A stretch of 64,000 nucleotides of DNA from a virus (IMGVR_UViG_3300024270_000054), one strand, 5' to 3'. Counted from the stretch's first letter, positions 1-8,438 are shown. Program-made: numbers and translations. The notes: generated by a model from the letters alone, not told the origin.

Positions 1-240
1 TCTCAGGACAAGGTATCTCTGCTGACTACGGAGCAGTATCGCCGCTATCGTGAGTATCTTCCGGCCTATGGCAAGTGGTGGTGGCTGGCTACCCGTGTGA
101 GCTATGATGTGAAGGATTATGCCCGCAGCGTCTGCTGCGTGGGCTCCTTCGGTGTTCTGGGCTGGGACGGCTGCGACGGTGTGAGTGGCGGCGTGCGCCC
201 GTTTTGCATCCTGAATTCTTCCGTCTTGGTATCTGAGTAA
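1..240 (+). CDS. C-terminal end of DGR target protein (5'-partial; continues upstream of window). Carries the variable repeat; C-type-lectin-like tail ...GVLGWDGCDGVSGGVRPFCILNSSVLVSE*.
   Basis: Open frame from the window start to TAA at 238-240. The last ~80 nt match the template repeat at 641-722 except at TR adenine positions. Confidence 0.6.
   Translation, partial: SQDKVSLLTTEQYRRYREYLPAYGKWWWLATRVSYDVKDYARSVCCVGSFGVLGWDGCDGVSGGVRPFCILNSSVLVSE
122..203 (+). repeat. DGR variable repeat (VR)
   Basis: 82-nt near-identity to 641-722. About 17 of 18 mismatches fall where the TR has A (TR AAC/AAT codons become diverse codons in the VR). GC-rich 3' end GGCGGCGTGCGCCCGTT is identical in both (IMH-like). 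Confidence 0.8.
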
Positions 241-244
241 AATC

Positions 245-610
245 ATGGATGACGAACTCCGGTTTCATCTTGGAGATAAGGCAGAAAAACTATACTTCTC
301 TGTATTTGATGAAACCAACAACAGGAATCATTTCCCTGTAAAATTCAGGCGCTTGGCCGACCGTATGCAGGAATACGCACTTGATATTCATAGCGATCTT
401 TTAGATGCAAATGCGTATCGAACCGATATTTCGTATCAGAAGGTCAAGCGTAACGAATTGCTCACCAGCGCAATAACCAAGTGCAATAAGTTGATGAGCC
501 TTGTAAAATACTGCGTCTATGCGCAACGGATTAGCTTTGCCCGCAGCGAAGAGTGGACAAAGCTGGTCAATGAAATCAAGTATATGTCCCTGTCTCTTCG
601 CAGCAAATGA
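245..610 (+). CDS. avd: DGR accessory variability determinant (Avd)-like small helical protein
   Basis: 121 aa, basic/helical, sitting between VR and TR in the canonical target-avd-TR-RT order. No sequence motif proof. Confidence 0.5.
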   Translation: MDDELRFHLGDKAEKLYFSVFDETNNRNHFPVKFRRLADRMQEYALDIHSDLLDANAYRTDISYQKVKRNELLTSAITKCNKLMSLVKYCVYAQRISFARSEEWTKLVNEIKYMSLSLRSK

Positions 611-640
611 GAATTATTCCTTGGGCTATGCGCTGATGCG

Positions 641-722
641 CCCGCAACGTCTGCAACGTGAACTCCAACGGTGTTCTGAACTGGAACTACTGCGACAATG
701 AGAATGGCGGCGTGCGCCCGTT
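641..722 (+). repeat. DGR template repeat (TR), non-coding
   Basis: Partner of the VR at 122-203. In the VR frame it would encode ARNVCNVNSNGVLNWNYCDNENGGVRPF, with Asn (AAC/AAT) codons at the variable positions. Confidence 0.8.
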
Positions 723-830
723 CTGGTGGATAAGCGAGGTCTGTAAATTGCTTGTGCAATTACGAGGAGTGCTCCACATCAAAAGAGCGCATAACCCTTC
801 TCACGGCAACGTGGGATAAATACAAATGTT

Positions 831-1925
831 TTGATGACTGACTTTGAAAAGCTGACGGATTTTGAAAACCTGTATCGCGCCTATCGCTCGTCCATGAAGG
901 GTAAGGGTAAGCGGAATAGCGCGGTAAAGTTCAGTGTCATGGCGCTGGAATACCTCTATGTCATGAAGCGCCAATTGATTGCTCATACATATAAGGTCTC
1001 GCCTTATCAGGAGTTTATCATCTCTGAGCCGAAACGCAGAGTTGTCAAGTCCGGCGCTTTCAAAGATAAGGTTTTGCAGCATTGTCTTTGCGATCAAGTC
1101 CTGCTGCCTAAGATGAAGAATGTCTTCATCCTAGACAATTATGCGGGGCAGATTGGCAAAGGCACGCTGTTCGGCCTAGATCGGTTGTCGCAGAACATGC
1201 TTTCCTTTTATGGTGAGCATGGAACCAAAGGATATATTCTCAAATGTGATATCACGAAGTTCTTTTATAGCATCAACCATGATGTGATGAAGCGCTGCGT
1301 CCGGCAGTATTTCGACGATCCGGGCATCCAGTGGATATGTGATTTGTTCATAGACAGCGTGGAGGGCGACGGCTTGCCGCTTGGCAATCAATCCAGTCAG
1401 GTCTTTGCGCTTATGTATCTGGATGGGATGGATCATTTCATCACCGAAGGGCTTGGCTGTAAATACTATGGAAGGTATATGGATGATTTCTACCTGATAT
1501 CGGATGATAGGGAGTATCTGAAAGAGTGCCTGAAAAGGATAAAGGTATATCTGGACGGTTTAAAGCTTTCTCTCAATAATAAGACAGAAATCGTTCCAAT
1601 GTCCAAAGGTATTCGCTTTCTTGGTTTCCATACGTATGTGACAACCGATGGCAAGGTGATCAGAAAACTCACAGGGGAAAATAAGCGTCAGATCAAAAAG
1701 CGCCTGAAAAAGTATGCCAAACTTGTCATCGATGGCCGGATGACCATGGAGAAGTTTGAAGAAACCTATCAGAGCTGGAAAAACCATGCTTCGCATGGAA
1801 ACTGCTATCGTCTTCTGTGCAGCATGGATGAGTATGTGTCATCACTGTTTTCAGAAGTAAAAAAAGAATTTAAAAATAAAGCGGAAAAAGTATTGACAGA
1901 TCATTCTAAAGGTGGTAAAATATAG
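831..1925 (+). CDS. Diversity-generating retroelement reverse transcriptase
   Basis: RT motifs present, including YMDDF (YxDD). DGR-type hallmarks are the N-terminal NLYRAYRSSMKGKGKR and LGNQSSQVFALMYL (the [IVL]GxxxSQ motif). Size is 364 aa and it lies immediately 3' of the TR. Confidence 0.85.
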   Translation: MMTDFEKLTDFENLYRAYRSSMKGKGKRNSAVKFSVMALEYLYVMKRQLIAHTYKVSPYQEFIISEPKRRVVKSGAFKDKVLQHCLCDQVLLPKMKNVFILDNYAGQIGKGTLFGLDRLSQNMLSFYGEHGTKGYILKCDITKFFYSINHDVMKRCVRQYFDDPGIQWICDLFIDSVEGDGLPLGNQSSQVFALMYLDGMDHFITEGLGCKYYGRYMDDFYLISDDREYLKECLKRIKVYLDGLKLSLNNKTEIVPMSKGIRFLGFHTYVTTDGKVIRKLTGENKRQIKKRLKKYAKLVIDGRMTMEKFEETYQSWKNHASHGNCYRLLCSMDEYVSSLFSEVKKEFKNKAEKVLTDHSKGGKI

Positions 1926-2314
1926 GAAAGTTGAGCGCAGCGTAGTTTGGGCTGGCGCTTCATAAAAACCTATAAAACCAAAGCAGATAAAGTATTGAGT
2001 AGTGAGTATAGAGCCACAGACGTTGAGCCGCGATTGTACAAGCCGGAGCATTGTAGCCCGTACAGCACATGCTCAGGTGCGGCAGGATGCCGGGGTTGGC
2101 GTATGCAAGGTGTAGCGCGGCGTTAAGCAGGAAGTGGTGGTGCAAATCCCCCTACCTCTTAGGCACCTTAAAATCAACGGACGTGAAAAAGCGATGAACA
2201 AACATAGAAATTAGCAATTAAGCAACTGCGGGTGCGAGAGTGCGCATATCGCATCGGCCATCGCTCGGACGGGTGAAAGTCCCGCCCCTCAATATCATCT
2301 GTACGGAGGAAATC

Positions 2315-2524
2315 ATGACAAGCAATCAGATCATCCGCATTATGGAACATCTTGGGTATAGGCATGAGACCCATCCTAGATATAAGGTTTTTCATGGAGA
2401 ATTTGATATCAAGGCATTTACTTCGTGGTCAGATTGCGAAGCATGGATGAAAAATCACCGCGATTATAAGAATGCCAGATATCGCGCTATGAGAGCGGCT
2501 AAAGAAATGAGAAAGAAAAAGTAA
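2315..2524 (+). CDS. hypothetical small protein
   Basis: RBS GGAGGA 5 nt upstream of ATG. 69 aa ORF. Confidence 0.45.
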   Translation: MTSNQIIRIMEHLGYRHETHPRYKVFHGEFDIKAFTSWSDCEAWMKNHRDYKNARYRAMRAAKEMRKKK

Positions 2525-2531
2525 TTTACAC

Positions 2532-2606
2532 TGAGGGTTCGCCAAGCGGTAAGGCACGGGACTTTGACTCCCGTATCGTTAGGTTCGATTCCTACACCCT
2601 CAGCCA
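2532..2606 (+). tRNA. tRNA-Gln (anticodon TTG)
   Basis: Cloverleaf by eye: acceptor tgagggt/accctca, anticodon stem cggga/tcccg with loop ctTTGac, T-arm ggttcgattcc, 3' CCA encoded. Confidence 0.75.
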
Positions 2607-2898
2607 TTTGAAGCAAAGGACAATCGGGGAATGGCGTGATGTGGAGCACTCATGCATGCAGGTGTTCAGTCGATAAAGCATCTATCCGAATCTTGATATA
2701 CGTTTGCTTCGATTTTCTGGCGATGGAGTATGCTGGTTCGATTCCAGCCTGACGGACTCAGGAGCTGCGGCAAGGATGCAGCAACATCGCCGTTTTTTAT
2801 ACTGCGTTGGACAAAAGGTTAAGTCGCCGCTTATTTCTAGGCGGAGCTGCGGGTTCGATCCCCGTGCGCGGTTCAATGTCAAATGAAACGAGGAACGT

Positions 2899-3279
2899 AT
2901 GAGGCATTTAGAAGCAGAGGATGTTGTCTGGTTTGTCAATCACAAGTGTGGCGAAATCGCCTACATGATCGACGAGGGAGATATCATCAGGATCTTCACC
3001 AAGGACAGCAAATGGATGATCTATAAGGATATCAATAGATGTTCGCAGGAGTACACGCTGTATCATAGCAGCTCGTCGAGCAATCACAAGCACTATCATG
3101 TGCAGATGACATCATTGCGTATGGATTATCTGATCTGGCGTGCATGCATCCATGATTACCCGGAAGCGCAGAAGAAGTTCGCTTCTTGGCCTCAGTTCCT
3201 TGCTTCGTTTGAGCTTTATCTTCTAGGCCGCGAGATCGCGGAGCGTGCATCGCTTTGGGATTTCGTTGTGGCGGATTGA
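2899..3279 (+). CDS. hypothetical protein
   Basis: 126 aa ORF with an upstream GAGGAA RBS. Confidence 0.5.
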   Translation: MRHLEAEDVVWFVNHKCGEIAYMIDEGDIIRIFTKDSKWMIYKDINRCSQEYTLYHSSSSSNHKHYHVQMTSLRMDYLIWRACIHDYPEAQKKFASWPQFLASFELYLLGREIAERASLWDFVVAD

Positions 3280-3283
3280 GCTT

Positions 3284-3360
3284 GCGCCATTAGCTCAGTC
3301 GGTACGAGCACGTGACTTTTAATCACGGAGTCCGGGGTTCGATCCCCCGATGGCGCACCA
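3284..3360 (+). tRNA. tRNA-Lys (anticodon TTT)
   Basis: Acceptor gcgccat/atggcgc, D-arm tagctcagtcggtacgagc, anticodon stem cgtga/tcacg with loop ctTTTaa, T-arm cggggttcgatccccg, CCA encoded. Confidence 0.85.
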
Positions 3361-3576
3361 AAGGCAGGTTACTGGTAAGATAGCCCTGTTCTCAACAAAA
3401 AGCCATCTTACAGGACGACAACCTTGCAGCGGCATCCACGATGGTGAGTAGTGGGTATTTGAAAGCTGAAACGATATGCCGCAAAATAGTCTCTGCATCG
3501 ATTAGCATAATGGCAGTGCCGATCCCTCCAAAGGATACGATTCTGGTTCGACTCCAGAGTGGATGCAGATTTTCAT

Positions 3577-3653
3577 GGGGCTGTAGCTCAGATGGCTAGA
3601 GCGCCTGCCTTGCAAGCAGGAGGTCGAGGGTTCGATTCCCTTCAGCTCCACCA
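3577..3653 (+). tRNA. tRNA-Ala (anticodon TGC)
   Basis: Acceptor ggggctg/cagctcc with a G3:U70 wobble (the Ala identity element). Anticodon stem cctgc/gcagg with loop ctTGCaa. T-arm gagggttcgattccctt. CCA encoded. Confidence 0.85.
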
Positions 3654-3687
3654 TCTATGCATTTATGCGTATAATATACGATCCATA

Positions 3688-4005
3688 ATGCGCAAATATA
3701 GGCATGTATGGATAATATATGCGCTATTTATACACAATAAAACGAGCATTTTATGGGGTGATCAAGTGTCGAAAATCAAATCTTTTCTTCAAAGCATTCC
3801 GCCGGATATCCTTGGCAGTGCGATTGCCTTAATCATTCTGTTCTTTCTGACGTTTGGCATCAACATGGTCAACGAAGGAAAGTGGAACGAGGGTGTTTGC
3901 CCGGATTGCTATACAGGCTATATGCTGCGTGGCGTGAGGAAGGGTTACAGCCATTACGTTTGCAGCGAGTGTGGCGATGAGATTATCCGCTACATGGAGT
4001 GGTGA
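3688..4005 (+). CDS. hypothetical small membrane / zinc-ribbon protein; the true start is uncertain and may lie further downstream
   Basis: The ORF-table start at 3559 overlaps tRNA-Ala and is not real. The C-terminal part has a TM segment and a CPDC...CSEC motif. Confidence 0.35.
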   Translation: MRKYRHVWIIYALFIHNKTSILWGDQVSKIKSFLQSIPPDILGSAIALIILFFLTFGINMVNEGKWNEGVCPDCYTGYMLRGVRKGYSHYVCSECGDEIIRYMEW

Positions 4006-4007
4006 TC

Positions 4008-4283
4008 ATGGCGCACAGATGGAACAGTGAAAACTTGAAGCGCCAGTACGAATGGGTAAAAGAGACGGCCATCAAGCAGGGGTTTAATGCGGAGGATCTT
4101 GATCCGCCTTATCTGGATAAGCTCAGTCACAAAACCAAGTCAAAGCGTATTTTCAGCTTCATCAAGCTTGCTTACTTCCTTGGCTGGCTCCGTGGCATTG
4201 CCTATGTGGATGGTGGGCTTACGCCTGTGACGCTGGATAAATGGGAGAAATGTGTATGGGAGAAAAGAAGTTCAGCAAATTGA
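4008..4283 (+). CDS. hypothetical protein
   Basis: ATG at 4008 directly after the upstream stop (coupled). 91 aa. Confidence 0.5.
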   Translation: MAHRWNSENLKRQYEWVKETAIKQGFNAEDLDPPYLDKLSHKTKSKRIFSFIKLAYFLGWLRGIAYVDGGLTPVTLDKWEKCVWEKRSSAN

Positions 4284-4531
4284 TCGTGAAGATTCACACC
4301 AAAGTATTTGATGCGGATTCGATCATGAAGACGGCACAGCCAGTCATTGATTTTGCCAATCAGCATGATATCGCTCTAAGGCTTGAGCGGGATGCAGCAG
4401 GTCAAGTCCTTGCCACCAGTATGGCGGAAGGATATACGAGCGCTTATTGCAAGGGTGCCGTTCAGGAGATCAAGGAAATGCTCAAGCGTGCGTTTTCTTG
4501 CAAGGTCGAGGTACTTTTGTACGCATATTGA
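4241..4531 (+). CDS. hypothetical protein (start may be ATG 4256)
   Basis: ORF with a GGGAGA RBS before the internal ATG. Confidence 0.45.
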   Translation: MGEMCMGEKKFSKLIVKIHTKVFDADSIMKTAQPVIDFANQHDIALRLERDAAGQVLATSMAEGYTSAYCKGAVQEIKEMLKRAFSCKVEVLLYAY

Positions 4532-4552
4532 TGAAAAAAGGAGAAAAAGAAA

Positions 4553-4840
4553 ATGGGTATGATGAATAAGAAGAAGACAACCGAGCAAGTCATTTCTGCG
4601 GCCACTACCAAGATTTCAGATGACGTCGCTCATCTGAACCTGATGCGCGAGAATGCCGTCAGGACGTTTAGACAGACTGCGCAGAGCTTGCAGGCCAATA
4701 ACGAGGAGCTTCAGGCTTCCGTTGAGCGCTTTACCATTCTGGAAAACTTCGCAAAGGGTAAGCGAGAAGAGTGTGTCCGCGCAATCGAGGACAATAACAA
4801 GGTTCGTGAAAAGATTCTGGAGATTATCGGCGAGGAGTAA
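4553..4840 (+). CDS. hypothetical coiled-coil protein
   Basis: AAGGAGA RBS. 95 aa. Confidence 0.55.
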   Translation: MGMMNKKKTTEQVISAATTKISDDVAHLNLMRENAVRTFRQTAQSLQANNEELQASVERFTILENFAKGKREECVRAIEDNNKVREKILEIIGEE

Positions 4841-4877
4841 AATCCTGCCTATACAAATAGGAAGGAACAGGTGAAGT

Positions 4878-5183
4878 ATGGAAAACACCGTTAAGGGAAC
4901 TCGACTGAAAACGGAGCTGTGCGCCCATCTTCTGTCTGTGCGCAGCGTTGCAAACGATGAGCAAAAGCATGCTCTTGATGTTGCAGTTCGCGTAATCGAC
5001 GAGATTGATAAGTACGCTTCTAAGCACGATCTTGCGTTGAGCTGCGGCGGAGAGTGGATGTATCAAAGCGACATGGGTCAGGTTGATGCGCTTGCGCTGG
5101 TATCCAAGATTCTTGATCGCCTGTCTGAGTACGCCGAAGATGATGAAGACGATGAAGAGTGGAGTGAAGACGATGATGAGTAA
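4878..5183 (+). CDS. hypothetical protein with acidic C-terminal tail (DDEDDEEWSEDDDE)
   Basis: GGAAGGAACAGG RBS. 101 aa. Confidence 0.5.
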   Translation: MENTVKGTRLKTELCAHLLSVRSVANDEQKHALDVAVRVIDEIDKYASKHDLALSCGGEWMYQSDMGQVDALALVSKILDRLSEYAEDDEDDEEWSEDDDE

Positions 5184-7440
5184 TCCGGCCATTGTGATTA
5201 ACGAAATTGTTCTGCGCCGAAGAAATAAGCTCACCATTCCTGAGCGCCACGCTGGGTTCTACAATCCAGACCGTGCCAATCTAGTGCTTGCCATGGCGAA
5301 GAATGTGGAGTCGTTAGGTTTTGCATTCTCCATGGATACGGCGACTCGTCTGCTGTATTACAACGACAAAGAGCTGGAAGACTTCTATAAGCAGCTCATT
5401 CCAATGCTCAAGAAGTTGGTCGGCGCGGATGTGGAGTATCATCCGATGTATCCGAACTTCCCACAGCAGGTTATCGATGCGCCTCTGATCGAGCTGTTCT
5501 TCAATGCGCTCATGCATTACGTGACGGATGGCGAGTATCTGCCGGAATACGTTAAGGAAGAGCGTCTTCCTATGCTTGATACGTGCAAGGCGAAAATTCT
5601 GACGCTTGCCGATGAAAACGGTGCAGACCTGATGGATATCTTCTCCAATCTTCTTAGAAGCAAGACTTCTCTGTCTGAGCAGGATAAAGCAGATGTGGAA
5701 TGGATTGTTTTAAACAATGTCAGCCATGTCAAGCATATGCCGGAAGAGATTCCGCTCAAGGAGAATGTGGCGTTCATTTCAAAGCTCATTATCGAAAAGT
5801 CGCCGCTAAAGTCGTCCAAGTGCATCGAGCGGTATTTCTCCACGGCGACGGATGTTCTTCGACTCATCGTTTCCATGTCTGATGGCGATATCAGCTTGGC
5901 TGATAAAACGAAGTTCAGGTCGCTCAAGAGATCGGAGCGCCGGATGATTCTGGATCTCCTTGCGCATTGCGGGGATATTTACGAAGACCTCTTCCGCTAT
6001 CGTGATGAGTGGATTCGCGTTGCAGAAATCCTGCATGTCGGAGAATATGTCGGTAAACCGAAATATCGCGGCGTATGCGATTATTTCAGGTCGCTTAGAA
6101 ACGATAAAAAGCCGCTTCTCTATCCGGGCTATGTGGAAACCATGATCGCCAAGGGCGATATGGTCGGGGCAGCTAATCTCCTGATGGAGCGTCCCGGCGA
6201 GTTTGCACGCAGGCTCGATAAGCTCATCCGCGATACGGATTGGCAAAAGGATATTGTGGACATGTTTGAAAAGGTTGCAGATCGTGTGGCCGTCCCGGTT
6301 CTTTTGCAGGTTCGTCAGCATTTCCTTGCTCGTCATAAGAACGATGCGCCCATTCGTGTCTTCTTCCCGAAGGGCAGCGTAGCGCATGCCATCGTTGAGC
6401 CAAATGAACTCAAACCCATCGACTACGAAATTTGCAGGCGCGTTGTCATGATCTGCAATAATGCAATCATCGCGCAGTTTAAAAAGGATAAGCCGGAGAT
6501 GGGCAGGGTTTATGTCGATCCTGAGCTGGAAAACTTCATGGTTCCGTTCAGCCAGCGCAGCGCGTCCAGCGGCAGCAAGATCATGGTTCGTGGTAGCTCA
6601 ATCCCGATCAGCAAGGATGCAAAGTTTGTCCGTGCGTTCATCTGGTGGACAAATACGGATAAGCAGATCAAGGATGAAGATTTGAATTATTGGCGCGGTG
6701 ATGAAAACCGCGTAGATATCGATCTTTCTGCCTGTATTCTCGATGAGGATTTCAAGTATGTATCCCATGTATCCTATACCAATCTGCGTTCCGGCTGTAT
6801 GGCCGTTCATTCCGGCGATATTGTCGATGGCGGAAGCGTAAAGGGTAAGGGCGTAGCAGAATTTCTCGACATCAATATTGATGAGGCTGCAAAGCATGGC
6901 CGTTATGTCTGCTTCCAAGTGTATAGCTTCACGCAGCAGCCGTTCTCGTCTATGCCAAATAGCCGATTCGGTTGGATGGAGAGGGAGAGCCAGAATTCCG
7001 GCGAAATCTTTGAGCCGCGCACGGTAGAGATGTGTATGAATGTGTCCTCTGACAGCAAGGTTTCCATTCCAGTCATCTTTGACTGCAAGGAGAAGCGATT
7101 TGTCTGGTTGGATATGTGCCTGTCTATCGACAGCTTTGCTTCCAGCAGAGGCAATAACATTGAAAACAACTTCTCTCAGGTTCAGGCCATCTGTTATGCC
7201 ATGATGCATCTCAACAAGCCCAATCTGTATGATCTGATTGCGCTCAATGCAAAAGCAAGAGGAACAATCACGGACAACCGCAACGAAGCGGATATCATTT
7301 TCAGCAATGACACGACCAAGCCCATCGAATGTGTGATGGTGGAAGGTTCTGAGCATCAGCTTGAAATGGTGAACCGTGAAAAGGACACACCAATCATTAC
7401 GGCCTTTGACATGGATTACATCATGGGTAATCTGCTGTAA
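5173..7440 (+). CDS. large protein (about 756 aa) with a C-terminal TerD-like domain; N-terminal ~500 aa of unknown function
   Basis: The C-terminal stretch VDIDLSACILDEDFKYVSHVSYTNLRSGCMAVHSGDIVDGGSVKGKGVAEFLDINIDEAAKHGRYVCFQVYSF follows the TerD pattern DLDxSA...DFVFYNN...HSGDNRTGEGDGDDE. The start was chosen at ATGATG 5173, after the upstream gene's stop. Confidence 0.55.
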   Translation: MMSNPAIVINEIVLRRRNKLTIPERHAGFYNPDRANLVLAMAKNVESLGFAFSMDTATRLLYYNDKELEDFYKQLIPMLKKLVGADVEYHPMYPNFPQQVIDAPLIELFFNALMHYVTDGEYLPEYVKEERLPMLDTCKAKILTLADENGADLMDIFSNLLRSKTSLSEQDKADVEWIVLNNVSHVKHMPEEIPLKENVAFISKLIIEKSPLKSSKCIERYFSTATDVLRLIVSMSDGDISLADKTKFRSLKRSERRMILDLLAHCGDIYEDLFRYRDEWIRVAEILHVGEYVGKPKYRGVCDYFRSLRNDKKPLLYPGYVETMIAKGDMVGAANLLMERPGEFARRLDKLIRDTDWQKDIVDMFEKVADRVAVPVLLQVRQHFLARHKNDAPIRVFFPKGSVAHAIVEPNELKPIDYEICRRVVMICNNAIIAQFKKDKPEMGRVYVDPELENFMVPFSQRSASSGSKIMVRGSSIPISKDAKFVRAFIWWTNTDKQIKDEDLNYWRGDENRVDIDLSACILDEDFKYVSHVSYTNLRSGCMAVHSGDIVDGGSVKGKGVAEFLDINIDEAAKHGRYVCFQVYSFTQQPFSSMPNSRFGWMERESQNSGEIFEPRTVEMCMNVSSDSKVSIPVIFDCKEKRFVWLDMCLSIDSFASSRGNNIENNFSQVQAICYAMMHLNKPNLYDLIALNAKARGTITDNRNEADIIFSNDTTKPIECVMVEGSEHQLEMVNREKDTPIITAFDMDYIMGNLL

Positions 7441-7610
7441 GGTTGTGTGTCAGCCTCCGGGCGTTCGCCCTTCATATAGACGGGGATTTCCCCAAATTTC
7501 GGCTGTGTCGTCCATCCTTCTTTCTAATTCTATACAGTGAGTGCTTTGCAGCTAAAAGCTGCGAAGTGTTCATAACAACAAGACCGGGTGACAGATTTCC
7601 GAAATTTCTA

Positions 7611-7660
7611 AAAATAAATCAGAAAAAGTATTGACAGATACAATCTGATGATGTATAATG
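7611..7660 (+). promoter_or_regulatory. sigma70-type promoter with the conserved upstream motif (AATCAGAAAAAGTA-TTGACA-17nt-TATAAT)
   Basis: TTGACA at 7631-7636 and TATAAT at 7654-7659 with a 17-nt spacer, preceded by the recurring CAGAAAAAGTA motif. Confidence 0.6.
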
Positions 7661-7990
7661 TAAGAGCAGTGAGGCCAAAGGAATAAAGCCGGAGGATAAT
7701 CTGCAATGTTGGCTGGATGCTTCATCCTTCTTCGCTTTGGGAGCTGCGTGTCGCAGGTTCGAGTCCTGCACCGCTGGCGTGTGCTGGCGGTTAGCTCAGT
7801 CGGTAGAGCAACAGATAGAAACGAGGCAGCGATTTCCAACATTTACATATAAGATTCGCATGATTCGGCTGAAAGGTTCATCCTTCTAACTAGGTATATT
7901 TTGAAGATTTCTAAGCAGAGCCTTTGATTTCCGATGATTGCGAATCTACTTCCCTAAAAAACCAAAGCAGAAAAAGTATAAACACATCTT

Positions 7991-8073
7991 GCGGGTGTGG
8001 CGGAATGGCAGACGCGGCAGATTTAGGATCTGTTGCCAAAAGCGTATGGGTTCAAATCCCTTCACCCGCACCA
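7991..8073 (+). tRNA. tRNA-Leu (anticodon TAG), type II
   Basis: Acceptor gcgggtg/cacccgc, anticodon loop ttTAGga, long variable arm, T-arm gggttcaaatccc, CCA encoded. Confidence 0.75.
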
Positions 8074-8076
8074 AAC

Positions 8077-8164
8077 GGCGAGTTGTCCGAGTGGTTTATG
8101 GTGATGGTTTGCTAAACCATTGGCGGGAAACCGCCCACAGGTTCAAATCCTGTACTCGCCGCCA
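8077..8164 (+). tRNA. tRNA-Ser (anticodon GCT), type II
   Basis: Acceptor ggcgagt/actcgcc, anticodon stem atggt/accat with loop ttGCTaa, variable-arm hairpin ggcgggaaaccgccc, T-arm acaggttcaaatcctgt, CCA encoded. Confidence 0.8.
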
Positions 8165-8173
8165 TTTTCCCAA

Positions 8174-8250
8174 TGATCTTTAGCTCAGTTGGTCAGAGCA
8201 AGTGACTCATAATCACTAAGTCTAGGGTTCAAGCCCCTAAAGATCAACCA
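8174..8250 (+). tRNA. tRNA-Met (anticodon CAT)
   Basis: Acceptor tgatctt/aagatca, D-arm tagctcagttggtcagagc, anticodon stem agtga/tcact with loop ctCATaa, T-arm tagggttcaagccccta, CCA encoded. Confidence 0.8.
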
Positions 8251-8254
8251 TCTC

Positions 8255-8349
8255 GCCGACGTGACGGAATTGGCAAACGGAGCGGACTTAAAATCCGCTG
8301 CTATCAAGCTTGTGGGTTCAAGTCCCATCGTCGGCACCATTTATATTGC
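8255..8349 (+). tRNA. tRNA-Leu (anticodon TAA), type II
   Basis: Acceptor gccgacg/cgtcggc, anticodon stem gcgga/tccgc with loop ctTAAaa, long variable arm, T-arm tgggttcaagtccca, CCA encoded. Confidence 0.75.
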
Positions 8350-8356
8350 GGAGTAG

Positions 8357-8433
8357 AGAAGTGGTCATCTCGTCAGCCTCATGAGCTGAAGATCGCTGGT
8401 TCGAATCCAGCCTCTCGCAACCATCTATCTGGG
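8357..8433 (+). tRNA. tRNA-like gene with CAT anticodon and an imperfect acceptor stem; possible tRNA-Ile2/Met or a pseudogene
   Basis: D stem gaga/tctc, anticodon stem tcagc/gctga with loop ctCATga, T-arm gctggttcgaatccagc, terminal CCA. The acceptor tgcggag versus ctctcgca pairs poorly (an A:C mismatch, G:U pairs and one extra nucleotide). Confidence 0.5.
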
Positions 8434-8438
8434 TGTAG

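Noticed and set aside
3559-3687. 5' part of ORF 3559-4005
   Set aside because: Overlaps tRNA-Ala and an AT-rich promoter-like region. Only the downstream portion is retained as a low-confidence CDS.
5806-6387. 193-aa minus-strand ORF inside the TerD-domain gene
   Set aside because: Nested antisense ORF with no independent signals.
7706-7852. 48-aa ORF with a GGAGGA RBS inside the tRNA-fragment region
   Set aside because: Arg-rich and nonsense-like, and it overlaps tRNA-like debris, so it is probably not coding.
7938-8183. Plus-strand ORFs 7924-8115 and 7938-8183
   Set aside because: They run straight through tRNA-Leu and tRNA-Ser genes, so they are not coding.
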